Shown here in pieces: positions 1 through 10,043 of a stretch of 64,000 nucleotides of DNA. The first letter of the stretch is position 1. Every line of letters starts with the position of its first letter. Source of the DNA: a bacterium (lineage in GTDB: Bacteria > UBA8248); contig OZ242260.1 in NCBI GenBank assembly GCA_965207065.1, positions 1,152,001 through 1,216,000 on the forward strand, read 5' to 3'. Both the position numbers and the translations under genes were made by a program. The notes under the pieces were generated by a model that was not told the origin of the DNA, searched no databases, and saw nothing but the letters and a program-made list of their open reading frames with translations.

Positions 1-61
1 GCCGTACGTTGGGAAGGTACTCCCGCAGGAAGGCGGAGAGATGGGGGGCAAGATCGGTCAT
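1..61 (-). CDS. ritC: 5' end of third tyrosine recombinase of an RIT element (runs off the window)
   Basis: Reverse strand from 61 reads MTDLAPHLSAFLREYLPNVR, typical of RIT third-recombinase N-termini; ATGA overlap with the stop of 58..987. Confidence 0.7.
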   Translation of the reverse strand, partial: MTDLAPHLSAFLREYLPNVR

Positions 62-987
62 CGGGCGCCTCCATTGGTGTGAGCCTGTTCCACCGCCTCG
101 GCGATGCCGTGCAGCAGAACCGGGGTCGCCTCCAGATACCAGTAGGTACTGGTGACATGGACGTGGCCGAGATAGGTGGCCAGAGCCAGCATGTGCCGGC
201 CCGCTCCGGCGCCGGGAGGCAGCATCTCCAGTGACCGGACGGCGAAGGAGTGTCGCAGCGAGTGCAGGGTCGGCCCCCGCCCCGCGCCAGGTCTGCGCAG
301 GCCCGCTTGTTCGGCGAGTTTGCGGAAGACACCGCGCACATGGCTTTTGTCTGGACTTCGGCCGGTTGCGATCACGAACAGGTGCCGGTCCGGCGTTGTC
401 TCCCTGAGCCGTGCCTCAAGGTAGAGTTCGAGCGCTTCCCAGGTGGTCGGGTGCAGCGCGACCATCCTCGTCTTGCCGAACTTCGTATCCCGGATGACCA
501 AGCCGTCAGGGGTGATGTCATCCAGCGTCAATGCAAGGGCTTCGCCGATGCGCAGGCCGGTCGCTGCAATGAGACCGAACAGGCAGTGCCAGGTCAGCGG
601 GGCGATGGTTTCGGCGGGTCCCACCGACAGGGCCGCGGTCAGCAGTTTGCCGATGTCCGGGACCGATATCAGGTACGGCTTCGGCCTCCGCCGCGTCGAA
701 CGCCCCAGCGCATCACGAGGCGGCACCTCGTGGCGATCGTCCTCCGCGTGCAGCCAGAGGGCAAGGTCATGGAGCACACGGAGCTTTTTGACTTGCACTT
801 GCGCTGATGCCGCCTTCGATGCCGAGGCCCACTCAAGAGCGGTCCCGGAGCAGATGCGGGTCTCGTTGCGAGCCTCGGCGAACCGCGCAAAGCTGCGCAG
901 CATCCGTTCGTTCTGTGTAAACCGGTAACCGAGCGACCGCTTGATCGCGACAAAGCGCGCGACATGATCGGTGATCGTTGTGCTCAT
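58..987 (-). CDS. ritB: Tyrosine recombinase, RIT second gene
   Basis: GLRIGE, HSLRH, LGH and YWY catalytic motifs; N-terminal KRSLGYRF; ATGA-coupled to both neighbours. Confidence 0.9.
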   Translation of the reverse strand: MSTTITDHVARFVAIKRSLGYRFTQNERMLRSFARFAEARNETRICSGTALEWASASKAASAQVQVKKLRVLHDLALWLHAEDDRHEVPPRDALGRSTRRRPKPYLISVPDIGKLLTAALSVGPAETIAPLTWHCLFGLIAATGLRIGEALALTLDDITPDGLVIRDTKFGKTRMVALHPTTWEALELYLEARLRETTPDRHLFVIATGRSPDKSHVRGVFRKLAEQAGLRRPGAGRGPTLHSLRHSFAVRSLEMLPPGAGAGRHMLALATYLGHVHVTSTYWYLEATPVLLHGIAEAVEQAHTNGGAR

Positions 988-2552
988 TGGTCGCTCCTCC
1001 CCATCCAGGGCTGAGCGATCTCCTGCAACATGACCGCATCGGTCTTGGCGTAGATCATCGTCGTGTTCGGTGACCTGTGGCGCAGTAGCGACTGGATGAC
1101 ATCGAGCGTCGCGCCCGATCTGAGCAACGCCGTCGCCTGGCTATGGCGGAACACATGCGCACCGCGGCCGGCAAAGGTCTTGACCCCGGCGCGGTCGAGC
1201 GCGCGTTTCGCCAGAGAACTGACGATGCTTGAGTCGGCCAATGCTCGCCAGGGCGCTTGGGTGCAGAGGAACACCTTCTCCTCATCCACCCTCGGCCGCA
1301 CCGTGGCGATATAGACATGGAGCGCATCGCCGGCATCCTGCGGCAACGGCAGAGCCGCCTCTCGGCGTGACTTCCCCGAGACACGGATCTCGGCCCGGTC
1401 CCAATCGATGTCGCCGAGGCGCAGGGCCACGATGTCTCCTGCCCGCAGGGCAAGCCGTGCCAGAAGCAGCAGGATCGCCCGGTCGCGCACGCCCGTCCGG
1501 TCATCGCCGCAACTGGCGATGGCGCGTTCGACATCGTCGCACGTGATGTACCGTGGCAAGCTCGACAACTGCCCACGAGGCGCTGACGGCACGGCCGCGA
1601 TCAGCGCGGCCGGGATGCTGCCTTCCCAGGTCAGGAACCGCAGATACATGCGCATCGCGGTTGTCAGAGTCCGGGCGTAGCTCCGCGACCGCGGGCGCAT
1701 CTTCTCAAGCAGCACCCGGCGGATCAGGGCCGCGTCACAGGCGCAGGGGTCGTCCCCAAGTTCAGGCATCATCTCGCCGATCAAACGCACATGTCGCCGT
1801 ATTGTCCCCGCGCCGATGCCGCGATGGCGTTCAAGCCACACGGCGTACCTCTCAAGGCGAACGGGCGGCGCCTGCTCGACCGGGACCGGCTCCAGGGGAT
1901 CGATCCGCCCGATCGAGACGAGGTGCTTCAGGAAGCCGCGCAGTTCGGTTGCGTAAGCTGTGCCGGGTCGCCTCTTCTCGTGGCCGCAAAACACCCCGGG
2001 GATCGAGCAGACGAACGACCGGTTCTCGAAGCGCGCATAGACCTGCGCGCTCAGATCGCACAGGCGGATGCGTGAGAGATGGAGCCAGACAATGAGACCG
2101 GTGCATCCTTTCCGGTACAACCTGAGGGTTGCAGCCGTGTAGCCATTGCCGCGCAAACCGGTGAGGAACGCGCCCAGCAGCCGCAGATTGTCGTCCAGCT
2201 CACCGGGTGTCTCGACATGCCCCGTCTGCTCGAGGAACCGGATGAACGCCATGAGCATGGGTGATGTGCGGCGCTTGCGCCAACGCCGCAGACGAACCGG
2301 CGCGCAAGATGCGCCGCAACGACAATCGTGCTGCAGAAAGCGCTCGATGATCGCGCCGTCCACCGTCTTGAGTTCGATACGGGTGAGTTCAAGCCAGACC
2401 AGGAAGTGAAGGGCGATGCGCCGGTACTTGCCAAACAGTGTCCCGGAAATCTCGGCGCGACTGCGGAGATCGTCAACGAAGGCAAGGGTCAAATCGGTGA
2501 AGCCCGCCAGAGTGGCACTCGCCGGGGACGGGTTGCTGGATATTGCAGGCAT
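984..2552 (-). CDS. ritA: Tyrosine recombinase, RIT first gene, with extended N-terminus
   Basis: RDRAILLLLARLALRAGDI, HVFRH, LRH and TMIY motifs; RBS AAGGAG upstream. Confidence 0.9.
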   Translation of the reverse strand: MPAISSNPSPASATLAGFTDLTLAFVDDLRSRAEISGTLFGKYRRIALHFLVWLELTRIELKTVDGAIIERFLQHDCRCGASCAPVRLRRWRKRRTSPMLMAFIRFLEQTGHVETPGELDDNLRLLGAFLTGLRGNGYTAATLRLYRKGCTGLIVWLHLSRIRLCDLSAQVYARFENRSFVCSIPGVFCGHEKRRPGTAYATELRGFLKHLVSIGRIDPLEPVPVEQAPPVRLERYAVWLERHRGIGAGTIRRHVRLIGEMMPELGDDPCACDAALIRRVLLEKMRPRSRSYARTLTTAMRMYLRFLTWEGSIPAALIAAVPSAPRGQLSSLPRYITCDDVERAIASCGDDRTGVRDRAILLLLARLALRAGDIVALRLGDIDWDRAEIRVSGKSRREAALPLPQDAGDALHVYIATVRPRVDEEKVFLCTQAPWRALADSSIVSSLAKRALDRAGVKTFAGRGAHVFRHSQATALLRSGATLDVIQSLLRHRSPNTTMIYAKTDAVMLQEIAQPWMGRSDQ

Positions 2553-2580
2553 TGTCGTTCTCCTTTTTGAGTGAGAGAAC

Positions 2581-2696
2581 GATAATGCCCGAAGTCACCT
2601 GCCGATATAATGCCGAGTGAATGTGCCGAAAAACCCTGTAAACAAGCCGTATTTAGCAGATCACTCGGCATTATCCACTTCTCGGCATTAATGCCG
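2581..2696. repeat. RIT terminal recombinase-binding repeats
   Basis: ATAATGCCGAGTGA (2607-2620) is inverted relative to TCACTCGGCATTAT (2661-2674); a further CTCGGCATTA at 2681-2690; palindrome CGGCATTAATGCCG at 2683-2696 spans the junction. Confidence 0.8.
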
Positions 2697-4150
2697 GGAC
2701 CGGCAAGACCACCATGCTGAACCGCGCCCGCGCTCTCCTCGAAAAACGCGGGTTCGAGGTCAAGGGCCTTGCGCCGTCGGCCTCGGCGGTGAAGACGCTC
2801 GGAACCGAGGCCGGGATCGAGAGTGAGACGCTGCAGCGTTTCCTCGCGCGAAACGCCGGCGTGGCCGGGGGAAGGCTCACCAAAAAGACCGAGAAGCAGA
2901 TGCGCGCGGCCTACGGCAAGACGGTGCTCGTGGTGGACGAAGGGTCCCTCGCCTCCACCCTGCAGGCCCGCGACCTCCTGCGGGTCGCAGGCGCCTTGCG
3001 CATCCCCAGGCTCGTGCTGGTGGGCGATGAGAAACAACTGGACGCCGTGGACGCCGGCAAGCCTTTCGCGCAACTGCAACAGGCCGGTATGAAGACCGCC
3101 GTGATGGACGATATCCTGCGCCAGCGCGATCCGGATCTGAAAGCCGCGGTCGAGGCGAGCCTCGCCGGAGAGATCGGCCGCGCGTTCGAGAAGCTCGGGT
3201 CGAACGTCGCGCAGGTGAAAGCCGACAACATCGCGGGCGCGGTGGCGGCGCGCTGGCTCGAACTGTCCCCCGAGGCGAGAGAGAACACCGGCGTCATGGC
3301 GCCCAGCCATGAACTTCGCCAGAAGATCAACGCTCATATCAGAGAGCGTCTCGCGCGTGAGGGCCGTATCCACGGCCCCGCCTTCAGGGGGGAGCGGCTC
3401 GTCTCGCGCGGTTATACGAACCCCGAGAAATCACTCGCCGCGAACTACGCCCCGGGAGACGTCGTGGCATTCCATCGCCCCTACAAGCGCCTGGGCGTCG
3501 AGAAGGGCGACGAGCTCCGCGTATCGGGCGTGGATCACGAGAACCAGACGGTGATTCTCGAAGGCAAGGACGGCGGGAGCGTTTCATGGAAGCCCGGGCG
3601 GATTGCCGGGCGGAGTGGCGGCGCCGAGGTCTACAGGGCCGAAGAGATCGAGCTTCGCGCCGGCGACCGGGTACGCTGGACCCGCAACGACATGGGCTCA
3701 GGCCTCGTAAACAGCCGCACGGCCGAAGTGCTTTCGGCCGGGGACGGCAGCGTCTCCTTCCGCCTGGAAGATGGGCGCCGGCTCGGTATGACCTCGGGCG
3801 ATCCCCAGCTGCGCCACCTCGACCATGCATGGGCTTCGACCGTGCATGCCTTCCAGGGCCGGACCGTCGACAACGTGATCGCCGCGATGCAGGCGGGTCA
3901 CCCTCACCTCACCACGCAGAAGAGCTTCTATGTGGAGATCAGCCGCGCACGAGACCGGGCGGAACTCGTGACCGACGATGCAAAGGCGTTGCGCGAGCGG
4001 CTCGAATCAGCCACGGGCGAACGGGTATCGGCGCTCGAGGGGATCGGGGAAGCTGTACGGGAAGTACCAGCGAAAGAGACGGGAGCGGGGTCGAAAGAGG
4101 GACGAACAACGAATCGCGAGAAGCAGACCGAGCGAGACCTCGGTTTATGA
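2693..4150 (+). pseudogene. trwC: C-terminal helicase half of a MOBF (TrwC/TraI-like) conjugative relaxase, split by the RIT insertion
   Basis: Frame opens with AGTGKTTML (Walker A), then LAPSASA, VVDEGS, LVGDEKQL, GDRVRWTRND, HAWASTVHAFQGRT and FYVEISRAR: the RecD-like relaxase-helicase motif set. Confidence 0.85.
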
Positions 4151-4912
4151 TTGCTGACTCTCATCGGAGGCAGGTGAGAGCGAATGGACTACACGATAGC
4201 AGATTTATTGTGATGCCTTTTCGGGCCGCGCCAGATAGTAGCTGTCGACCGGTTCCTAGATGGGAAAAGCTGAGCCTGTTTCGCTCAAATCAGATGCCCG
4301 GAACGTGTGCGCTAAATGATGCGGCTGCCAAGCAGCGAGAGTAATAACACTCGCTATCGGATACAAAACTGAGCTGCCGCCAAATTCGACAGAAGTCTAG
4401 AAAACAAGCCACCTAGAAAAAGTCGAAATAGTTTTGCTGTTAGATGAACCGACCCATACGCTAAATAGATTGTCGCCACCCGATCCGCCTCGACCGCCTC
4501 AGATTGTCACGATGACAAACGGACCCGATAGGGTGCCTGGACAGAAGCCGGAACGCGGTGCGGGAGAATCTACCGAACGCTCCGGTAACGATTGGCTGTG
4601 AGCGTGTTTGCTGTCGTGGAATACCGATACAACGATTCGCAACAACTCACAATTATTGCATCTTCGGCCAAGTTAACCAATACTATTGTTACTGCTTTCG
4701 GGGAGGGCGTGCATATCCTGAGCGTCAAGTATGAAAAGTACGGTTGTGGGAGGCTGATCAATTTCTCCCAGGTTGTCGCTGTGATGGTGGCCAAACAAGA
4801 GTAACCGATCATTGTCGTGCAGTAGCTGGAGAAATATAATCGACGGAATTCGCAGGATATTCGTGAAGCCCCCCGGGCGATGCGGAACGCAATGGCCGCA
4901 CAGAAGGTGGCC

Positions 4913-5095
4913 GAGTATGGAAAGTCGGGGTCGACGAGATCGAGGCGCACGAATACAATCTCGATATCAGAAACCCGCATACGGCGGAGCCGGAACCCAG
5001 AGAAACTGCTGAAGGAACTGGCCATAGCCGAAGCGGAAGTAACATTGGCAAGGGATCGATTGAAAAACACGCAGGCGGAAGGGCTATTGCGATGA
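4913..5095 (+). pseudogene. hsdM: 3' remnant of type I restriction-modification M subunit
   Basis: VWKVGVDEIEAHEYNLDIRNPH, then frameshifted PEKLLKELAIAEAEVTLARDRLK..GLLR*, resembling HsdM C-termini. Confidence 0.6.
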
Positions 5096-5140
5096 CTTCG
5101 GGGAACTGCACCATTCACCCACGACGGAGGAGAACTGAGC

Positions 5141-5452
5141 ATGCACGCAGCCATTGCTGACAAACGCGACGAACTCGTAGCACTCTGTCGGCAATATCGG
5201 GTCGCACGGCTTGAGGTCTTCGGCTCGGCGGCAAGGGGCACGGACTTCGACCCGGTATCCAGCGACGCCGACTTCCTGGTGGAATTCAGACTCCACGACG
5301 ACCGGAAACCGCTCCAACAATACTTCGGCTTTTCCGAAGCATTACGCCGGACGCTGGGCCGTCCGGTCGATCTGGTCGAAGTAGGGGCGATCCGCAACCC
5401 GTATCTTCGAGTGGCCATCGACAAGTCACGCGAGCTTGTCTATGCAGCGTGA
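5141..5452 (+). CDS. mntA: Minimal nucleotidyltransferase (MNT) antitoxin
   Basis: FGSAARG..DADF motif and GRPVDLV; RBS GGAGGAG; overlaps the downstream HEPN gene. Confidence 0.85.
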   Translation: MHAAIADKRDELVALCRQYRVARLEVFGSAARGTDFDPVSSDADFLVEFRLHDDRKPLQQYFGFSEALRRTLGRPVDLVEVGAIRNPYLRVAIDKSRELVYAA

Positions 5453-5798
5453 CCCACGCGTCCTGCTGGCGGATGTGGATCAGGCGGCTGAGCACATTGT
5501 GCACTTCACCGAAGGTATGCATCGCGAAGCCTATCTAGCCGACGCGCGAACGCAAGCCGCCGTCGAACGCAAGTTCGAGATCATCGGCGAGGCGCTCAAT
5601 TTCCTGTCTAAGGCCTCGCCCGAGATTGCCGAACGGATTCCCACATTGCGTGTGGTCGTCGACTTCCGCAACGTGTTGATCCATGGCTATGCCGTCGTGA
5701 TACCTGAACGCGTATGGGATTACGTCGTTAACGACTTGTCGGAACTGCATCGGATCATAAAGGCGCTGCTTTCTGAGATGGATCCACCAGGTGTATGA
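5442..5798 (+). CDS. hepT: HEPN (DUF86/HepT-like) ribonuclease toxin
   Basis: AVERKFEIIGEA and RNVLIHGY (RxxxxH); coupled to the MNT gene. Confidence 0.85.
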   Translation: MQRDPRVLLADVDQAAEHIVHFTEGMHREAYLADARTQAAVERKFEIIGEALNFLSKASPEIAERIPTLRVVVDFRNVLIHGYAVVIPERVWDYVVNDLSELHRIIKALLSEMDPPGV

Positions 5799-5959
5799 AC
5801 ACTGGGTGGTTGCTGACAAGATGCCCTGCAATATGGAGCCGTCCGAATTGAGATACACTAAGACTCGTATGCTGCGCGACCAAGCCGGTACGGGAAGCCA
5901 CTGCTCGAAACAGTCCACCATTGTGTCCACCCGCTCCCTGTTGCGGCATTTACTCTCTC

Positions 5960-6380
5960 TGACAGGAGTGCAGGCCTTTCTTGCCACTATCCCGTACAAT
6001 CGCTTGCTCGACGCCTTTCTGGATGTATCGTCCTGCTCACTACAAATCCACCTGCGCACCACCATCAAGTCAATCGGCGAGACCGAGGTGGACAAGATCT
6101 ACGTCACAGTTGACAGCAAAGGAAGGCAGTTCGTACTACCCGTCCAGGCCCAAGGCGGTATAGCTGCCGGTTCTTCGTTGTCCGGTTCCAACAGCACCTC
6201 CTGTGGTGCCGCAAGCGATTTCCAGACCTGGTCTACCTCCCCATCCTGCCGCAGTTCGTTATAGATAACCTGATTGCGATGTTCGAGGTGGCGAAAAACC
6301 ACGGAGAATTCGAGATGGTGCAGGAGATGCACGACCGACTCATCCTAACTGTGGAGGTCACTTCCGGGTCCTGTCTTGTT
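5960..6380 (+). pseudogene. Frameshifted remnant of a restriction-type endonuclease
   Basis: QAFLATIPYNRLLDAFL..SLQIHLRTT..GETEVDKIYVTVD..PVQAQGG, continuing in other frames (DNLIAMFEV); no intact start. Confidence 0.5.
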
Positions 6381-6496
6381 ATCGTAACGCTGTCTGAGAA
6401 GATCGAGAAGGCACATGGAATCACATCTTCAAATTTCTTTGTCCCCATTTCGTATCGGTTCTGCCTTCGACCATTTCATTTCGAGCCAGTCGCCGC

Positions 6497-7399
6497 ATGA
6501 ACGAAATCGACCGAATCCGGCTGAAGTATGAGGACGACCGTCTTCTCGACCGCCTTGAGTCGCTCGACGACGTTAACCGGTTCGTACTCACTTTCTGCAG
6601 GGACGTAACTCAGATATTTCGCTTGGTCACGCTGCAACGCAACCCAAGTCGAAACCCCGATGGTTACGGCCTTGCCGACGCGCCGATCATCGGTCTCCTG
6701 ACCCGTGTCACGAAGTTGCTCGAACTAGTCACCAGATTCTACGAGATTAACAATGGTGACCACCTCACCGTGTTCTCTCGTCCGCTGATCGAGTCGGCAA
6801 TCGTCGCCACCTATCTCCTGCAAATGGGAGACGCCGCTGTAGAGGACTTCCGAAGGTGCTCGTACAAGGACACGCTCAGGATACTGCGCGACCAGGAAAG
6901 CGGATCCGAGTTCTTTAGTAGCCCCGCAGGTCAGCGCGTTCTACGATCCGCCATCAAGGACCTCGCTATCGAGGGGCTGTCCAAAGAGAGTTTCACCGTA
7001 CAGAAGCGAAATCGTTGGCGCCTCCAAGGAAAGTTGCTATACGACATCTTCGGCCAAGTAGCTAGCCCAGCCGAATATCCGTTCGTCTACGGAATAATGT
7101 CCGAATCCATACACGGTTCGTGGAACCAATCCATGGATTGGTGCCTTTCGCGAAACGAAGACGGTACCTTTTCCGCATACGCTCTGTACCGTGACGTTGA
7201 CGCCAGGGCAATCCTGCCCTTGATCCGATACGCGACACCCCCGTACGTTTTTTGGAGCGAGAGAATCCAGTTGCAGAGCGATTCCTTGCCCCAGGCTCTC
7301 TATCGGCTCCAAGATTACAACCTTGCGATTTATTCCAAGTTCGACGAACTTTACGATGGCCCTGCTGCTGGAGGTTCCGCAGCCCCCGCCCCGAACTAA
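6497..7399 (+). CDS. DUF5677-like (HEPN-like) protein, paralog 1
   Basis: RPLIESAIVATYL and YGIMSESIHGSW motifs. Confidence 0.65.
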   Translation: MNEIDRIRLKYEDDRLLDRLESLDDVNRFVLTFCRDVTQIFRLVTLQRNPSRNPDGYGLADAPIIGLLTRVTKLLELVTRFYEINNGDHLTVFSRPLIESAIVATYLLQMGDAAVEDFRRCSYKDTLRILRDQESGSEFFSSPAGQRVLRSAIKDLAIEGLSKESFTVQKRNRWRLQGKLLYDIFGQVASPAEYPFVYGIMSESIHGSWNQSMDWCLSRNEDGTFSAYALYRDVDARAILPLIRYATPPYVFWSERIQLQSDSLPQALYRLQDYNLAIYSKFDELYDGPAAGGSAAPAPN

Positions 7400-7440
7400 G
7401 CTACTTCGTTCTTCAAAGTGGACCGCACAAACACATAATC

Positions 7441-8307
7441 ATGGACGAGATACAGGACATCCTCGCTAAATACGACCGTGACTACTGTGCGCGGCTCCTT
7501 GCCTCCACGCCGGAGGGGGACCAACTGGCGCTGACCTTCTACGAGGATGTCGCGGAGATTCTCGACGTCCTCTCCCGCCTGAAGAACGTCGAAAGGAACC
7601 CAACGGGCTTCTCTATCGACGACGCCACGGTACTCGGTCTGCTCGTCCGCACGTGGAAACTGCTCAAACTTATCCTCTGGATCTACAGGGAAGACAGCGC
7701 GGAGTTCGCGACCATCGCCGAACGATCGCTCATCGAAGTGGCCGTCACTGCTACCTATCTGCTCCGTTCGGACGAATTGACGTTGGAAGACTACCGGCGC
7801 TGTTCTTACAGAAACAGACACCGGATGCTCGAACAAGCGGCTTCCGGGTCCGAATACTATCACAGCAAACCTGGGCGCCGGCTCTTACGCTCGATCAACG
7901 AAAAGCTCGCCCGAGAGGGATTGGACGAACACAGCTTCGAGGAACAGATTCGAAACAACTGGCGCGTTCGGGGCAAGACGTTCCATCAGATATTCAAGGA
8001 GGTAGTGGGCGAAGACTTGTATACCGTGGCATACGGTACCTTCTCGCAATCTGTCCACGGTTCTTGGCAAGATGTCCTCGGCTTCTCCTTGCACGGGAAC
8101 GTCGCTCAAGGTTACTCGCCGCTGTACGAACCGCTTCACGCCAGCGTAGGCCACGTTTCGCTGATCCTCCCGTTTGCTACACTGCCGTTTCGAGGGTGGT
8201 CTAGAAGAGTCGAGTTAGACGACCCGTACATAGAGGAAGTGTTGGACTTTATCGACAAACTCAATGGTGGATTGCTCGAGAAGTACGGGAACCTCTACGG
8301 CTTTTGA
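7441..8307 (+). CDS. DUF5677-like (HEPN-like) protein, paralog 2
   Basis: RSLIEVAVTATYL and YGTFSQSVHGSW; aligns end to end with 6497..7399; start placed at ATG 7441 by that alignment. Confidence 0.65.
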   Translation: MDEIQDILAKYDRDYCARLLASTPEGDQLALTFYEDVAEILDVLSRLKNVERNPTGFSIDDATVLGLLVRTWKLLKLILWIYREDSAEFATIAERSLIEVAVTATYLLRSDELTLEDYRRCSYRNRHRMLEQAASGSEYYHSKPGRRLLRSINEKLAREGLDEHSFEEQIRNNWRVRGKTFHQIFKEVVGEDLYTVAYGTFSQSVHGSWQDVLGFSLHGNVAQGYSPLYEPLHASVGHVSLILPFATLPFRGWSRRVELDDPYIEEVLDFIDKLNGGLLEKYGNLYGF

Positions 8308-8640
8308 CGTCGTATTCGGATACGAACGCAGACAAAGCAAGCCCAATCACGCTTCCCGTCTTCTAATCTCTTGCGAGGTCGACGTTTTCAGTCGATAGCA
8401 GTGTGCAAGGGAGACCTGCCAACTCGAACCCAGACGGGGTTGTTTTTCACAGCTGACGCATCGCTGATGCCCTTTCGGCAACACCCGCCATCGTATGAAA
8501 CGGTGAAAATGCTCTTGAATTCAAGAACTTATAACTTAGTTCGTCCCACACCACCGCACGGCTCCTTGAGACAAACGCCGTGGCGACCGCTTCGTGTACT
8601 ACGGCTAGGTCGAGCGGCACAACGAAAGGAGACACGCCCC

Positions 8641-8829
8641 ATGACCGAACCAACTAAATCCACTTTAGCCAGACGCATCCACGAAGACGTGATTAAAGGC
8701 CTTTGCCTGCGGGTTTACCCGAGCGGCGCGCGTTACAACTCGGCTATTAGGTATATTCACTCCGAAGAGGTTCCCCGACTTGCTGTTGTCTTCTCGGACG
8801 ACCAGACCGTAGATGTAATCCCGGAGTGA
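8641..8829 (+). pseudogene. Remnant of an integrase arm-type DNA-binding N-terminus
   Basis: RBS AAAGGAG plus MTE..EDVIKGLCLRVYPSG, resembling P4-like integrase N-termini; no catalytic domain follows. Confidence 0.4.
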
Positions 8830-9129
8830 CGTCCCCGAATTAAACGTTCGGCATTGGAAAGAGCTATTGCCGAGCTCGAAGCTGCAACAAAGGAGAACTA
8901 CCATCCGGCGAAGAAGTGGCTGGACGTTCATCAGTTCCACCTCAATCAGGAACAATGCAATCGCATCAACGCAGTTCTCAGGAGGATTAAAGAGGAGCCG
9001 AAGGAAGTTGGCGAGCTCAGAAGAGAGTGGGGAGAGTTTTCGCCAGATCCCGGCCTCAATGACAGCTATTTCGAAAGTGAAGACGCTGAACCAGCTTCTT
9101 CATAGCGCAGTGGACGCAGGTGCGATCCG

Positions 9130-9897
9130 CTACGATTCGCGCATCCTGTACCAGTTTATTTCGTCATGAAGGTCGAGAAGCAACGTCAAAGGGAAAAGTA
9201 TTGACTCAGCCTCTTCATGCGCTTGTTTGGCTTCATCGCGCGTCGGCCGGTAGCCCGATTTGTGAACGACTTTATTCCTTAATGCGCTGATTCCTGTTTC
9301 CTTTAGCATGATAAGTAGCTCTGCCAATTTCGTGTCTCTCACGGATTCGATTTCGCGATCACTCGGAATTTCCGGATTGCGGATCGATTCGATCAACCCG
9401 CCAGCCTCATTAAGATTTTTTGGACAAACGGGGTCGATGACTCTTTCCAGAAAGAGTGCTCTCATTCTTTCGAAGGCATATCCTTGGATCGTTTCTCCAA
9501 GTCGTGTGGACAGATCATTCCACTGCTTCAAAGATGTGGTTTCTGCGCAATATGAACGAGCAAGTGGCTTGAAAATCAGTTCTACTCTCAGATATAGACT
9601 GAAGAACATTTCGTATGCTTGACATGCGTTGAGAATGCAATTCATGTAGCGCTTTCTTTTCAGAAGATCATGGCAATCAAAAATGAGTAACTCGTGCCGT
9701 TCGTTCGCGCAGTCGCCATTGAGCCAAAAACTTCCTTTGCACTTAAAGCAAGATACATCGGTTCCAGATATCGGAGTGAACGTGCAAAGATCAGATGCGC
9801 GGTTGAACACCAGTTCGCAGTCGCATAGAGGGCAATCGACAATGATGTTTTCGTATCCGGCATCTTTTGGGCTCGCCGTCGGCATTGCTTCTTTCAT
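9130..9897 (-). CDS. Hypothetical protein with Zn-ribbon N-terminus and HEPN-like C-terminus
   Basis: CPLC..CFKC; LRNKVVH (RxxxxH); RBS GGAGG. Confidence 0.55.
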   Translation of the reverse strand: MKEAMPTASPKDAGYENIIVDCPLCDCELVFNRASDLCTFTPISGTDVSCFKCKGSFWLNGDCANERHELLIFDCHDLLKRKRYMNCILNACQAYEMFFSLYLRVELIFKPLARSYCAETTSLKQWNDLSTRLGETIQGYAFERMRALFLERVIDPVCPKNLNEAGGLIESIRNPEIPSDREIESVRDTKLAELLIMLKETGISALRNKVVHKSGYRPTRDEAKQAHEEAESILFPLTLLLDLHDEINWYRMRES

Positions 9898-10043
9898 TTT
9901 CTATACCTCCCTTAGCAGAGAAGTTTTTGTTGGTGGAAGTTCAATCGGACGCTTATAGGAGCACCCCGACCTTACTCATCTGTGAAAAGTTGGACTTCCC
10001 CGAAAATAATAATACGTGCCCGGAATTTTTAACACGACAGGAT

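Larger units (their letters stand above)
1..2690 (-). mobile_element. RIT (recombinase-in-trio) element, right-hand portion
   Basis: Three tandem overlapping tyrosine recombinase genes; terminal region with repeated TAATGCCG motifs; abuts an interrupted relaxase gene at about 2690. Confidence 0.85.

Noticed and set aside
2489-3373. ORF spanning the RIT end
   Set aside because: Antisense to the relaxase and crosses the insertion junction; no recognisable motifs
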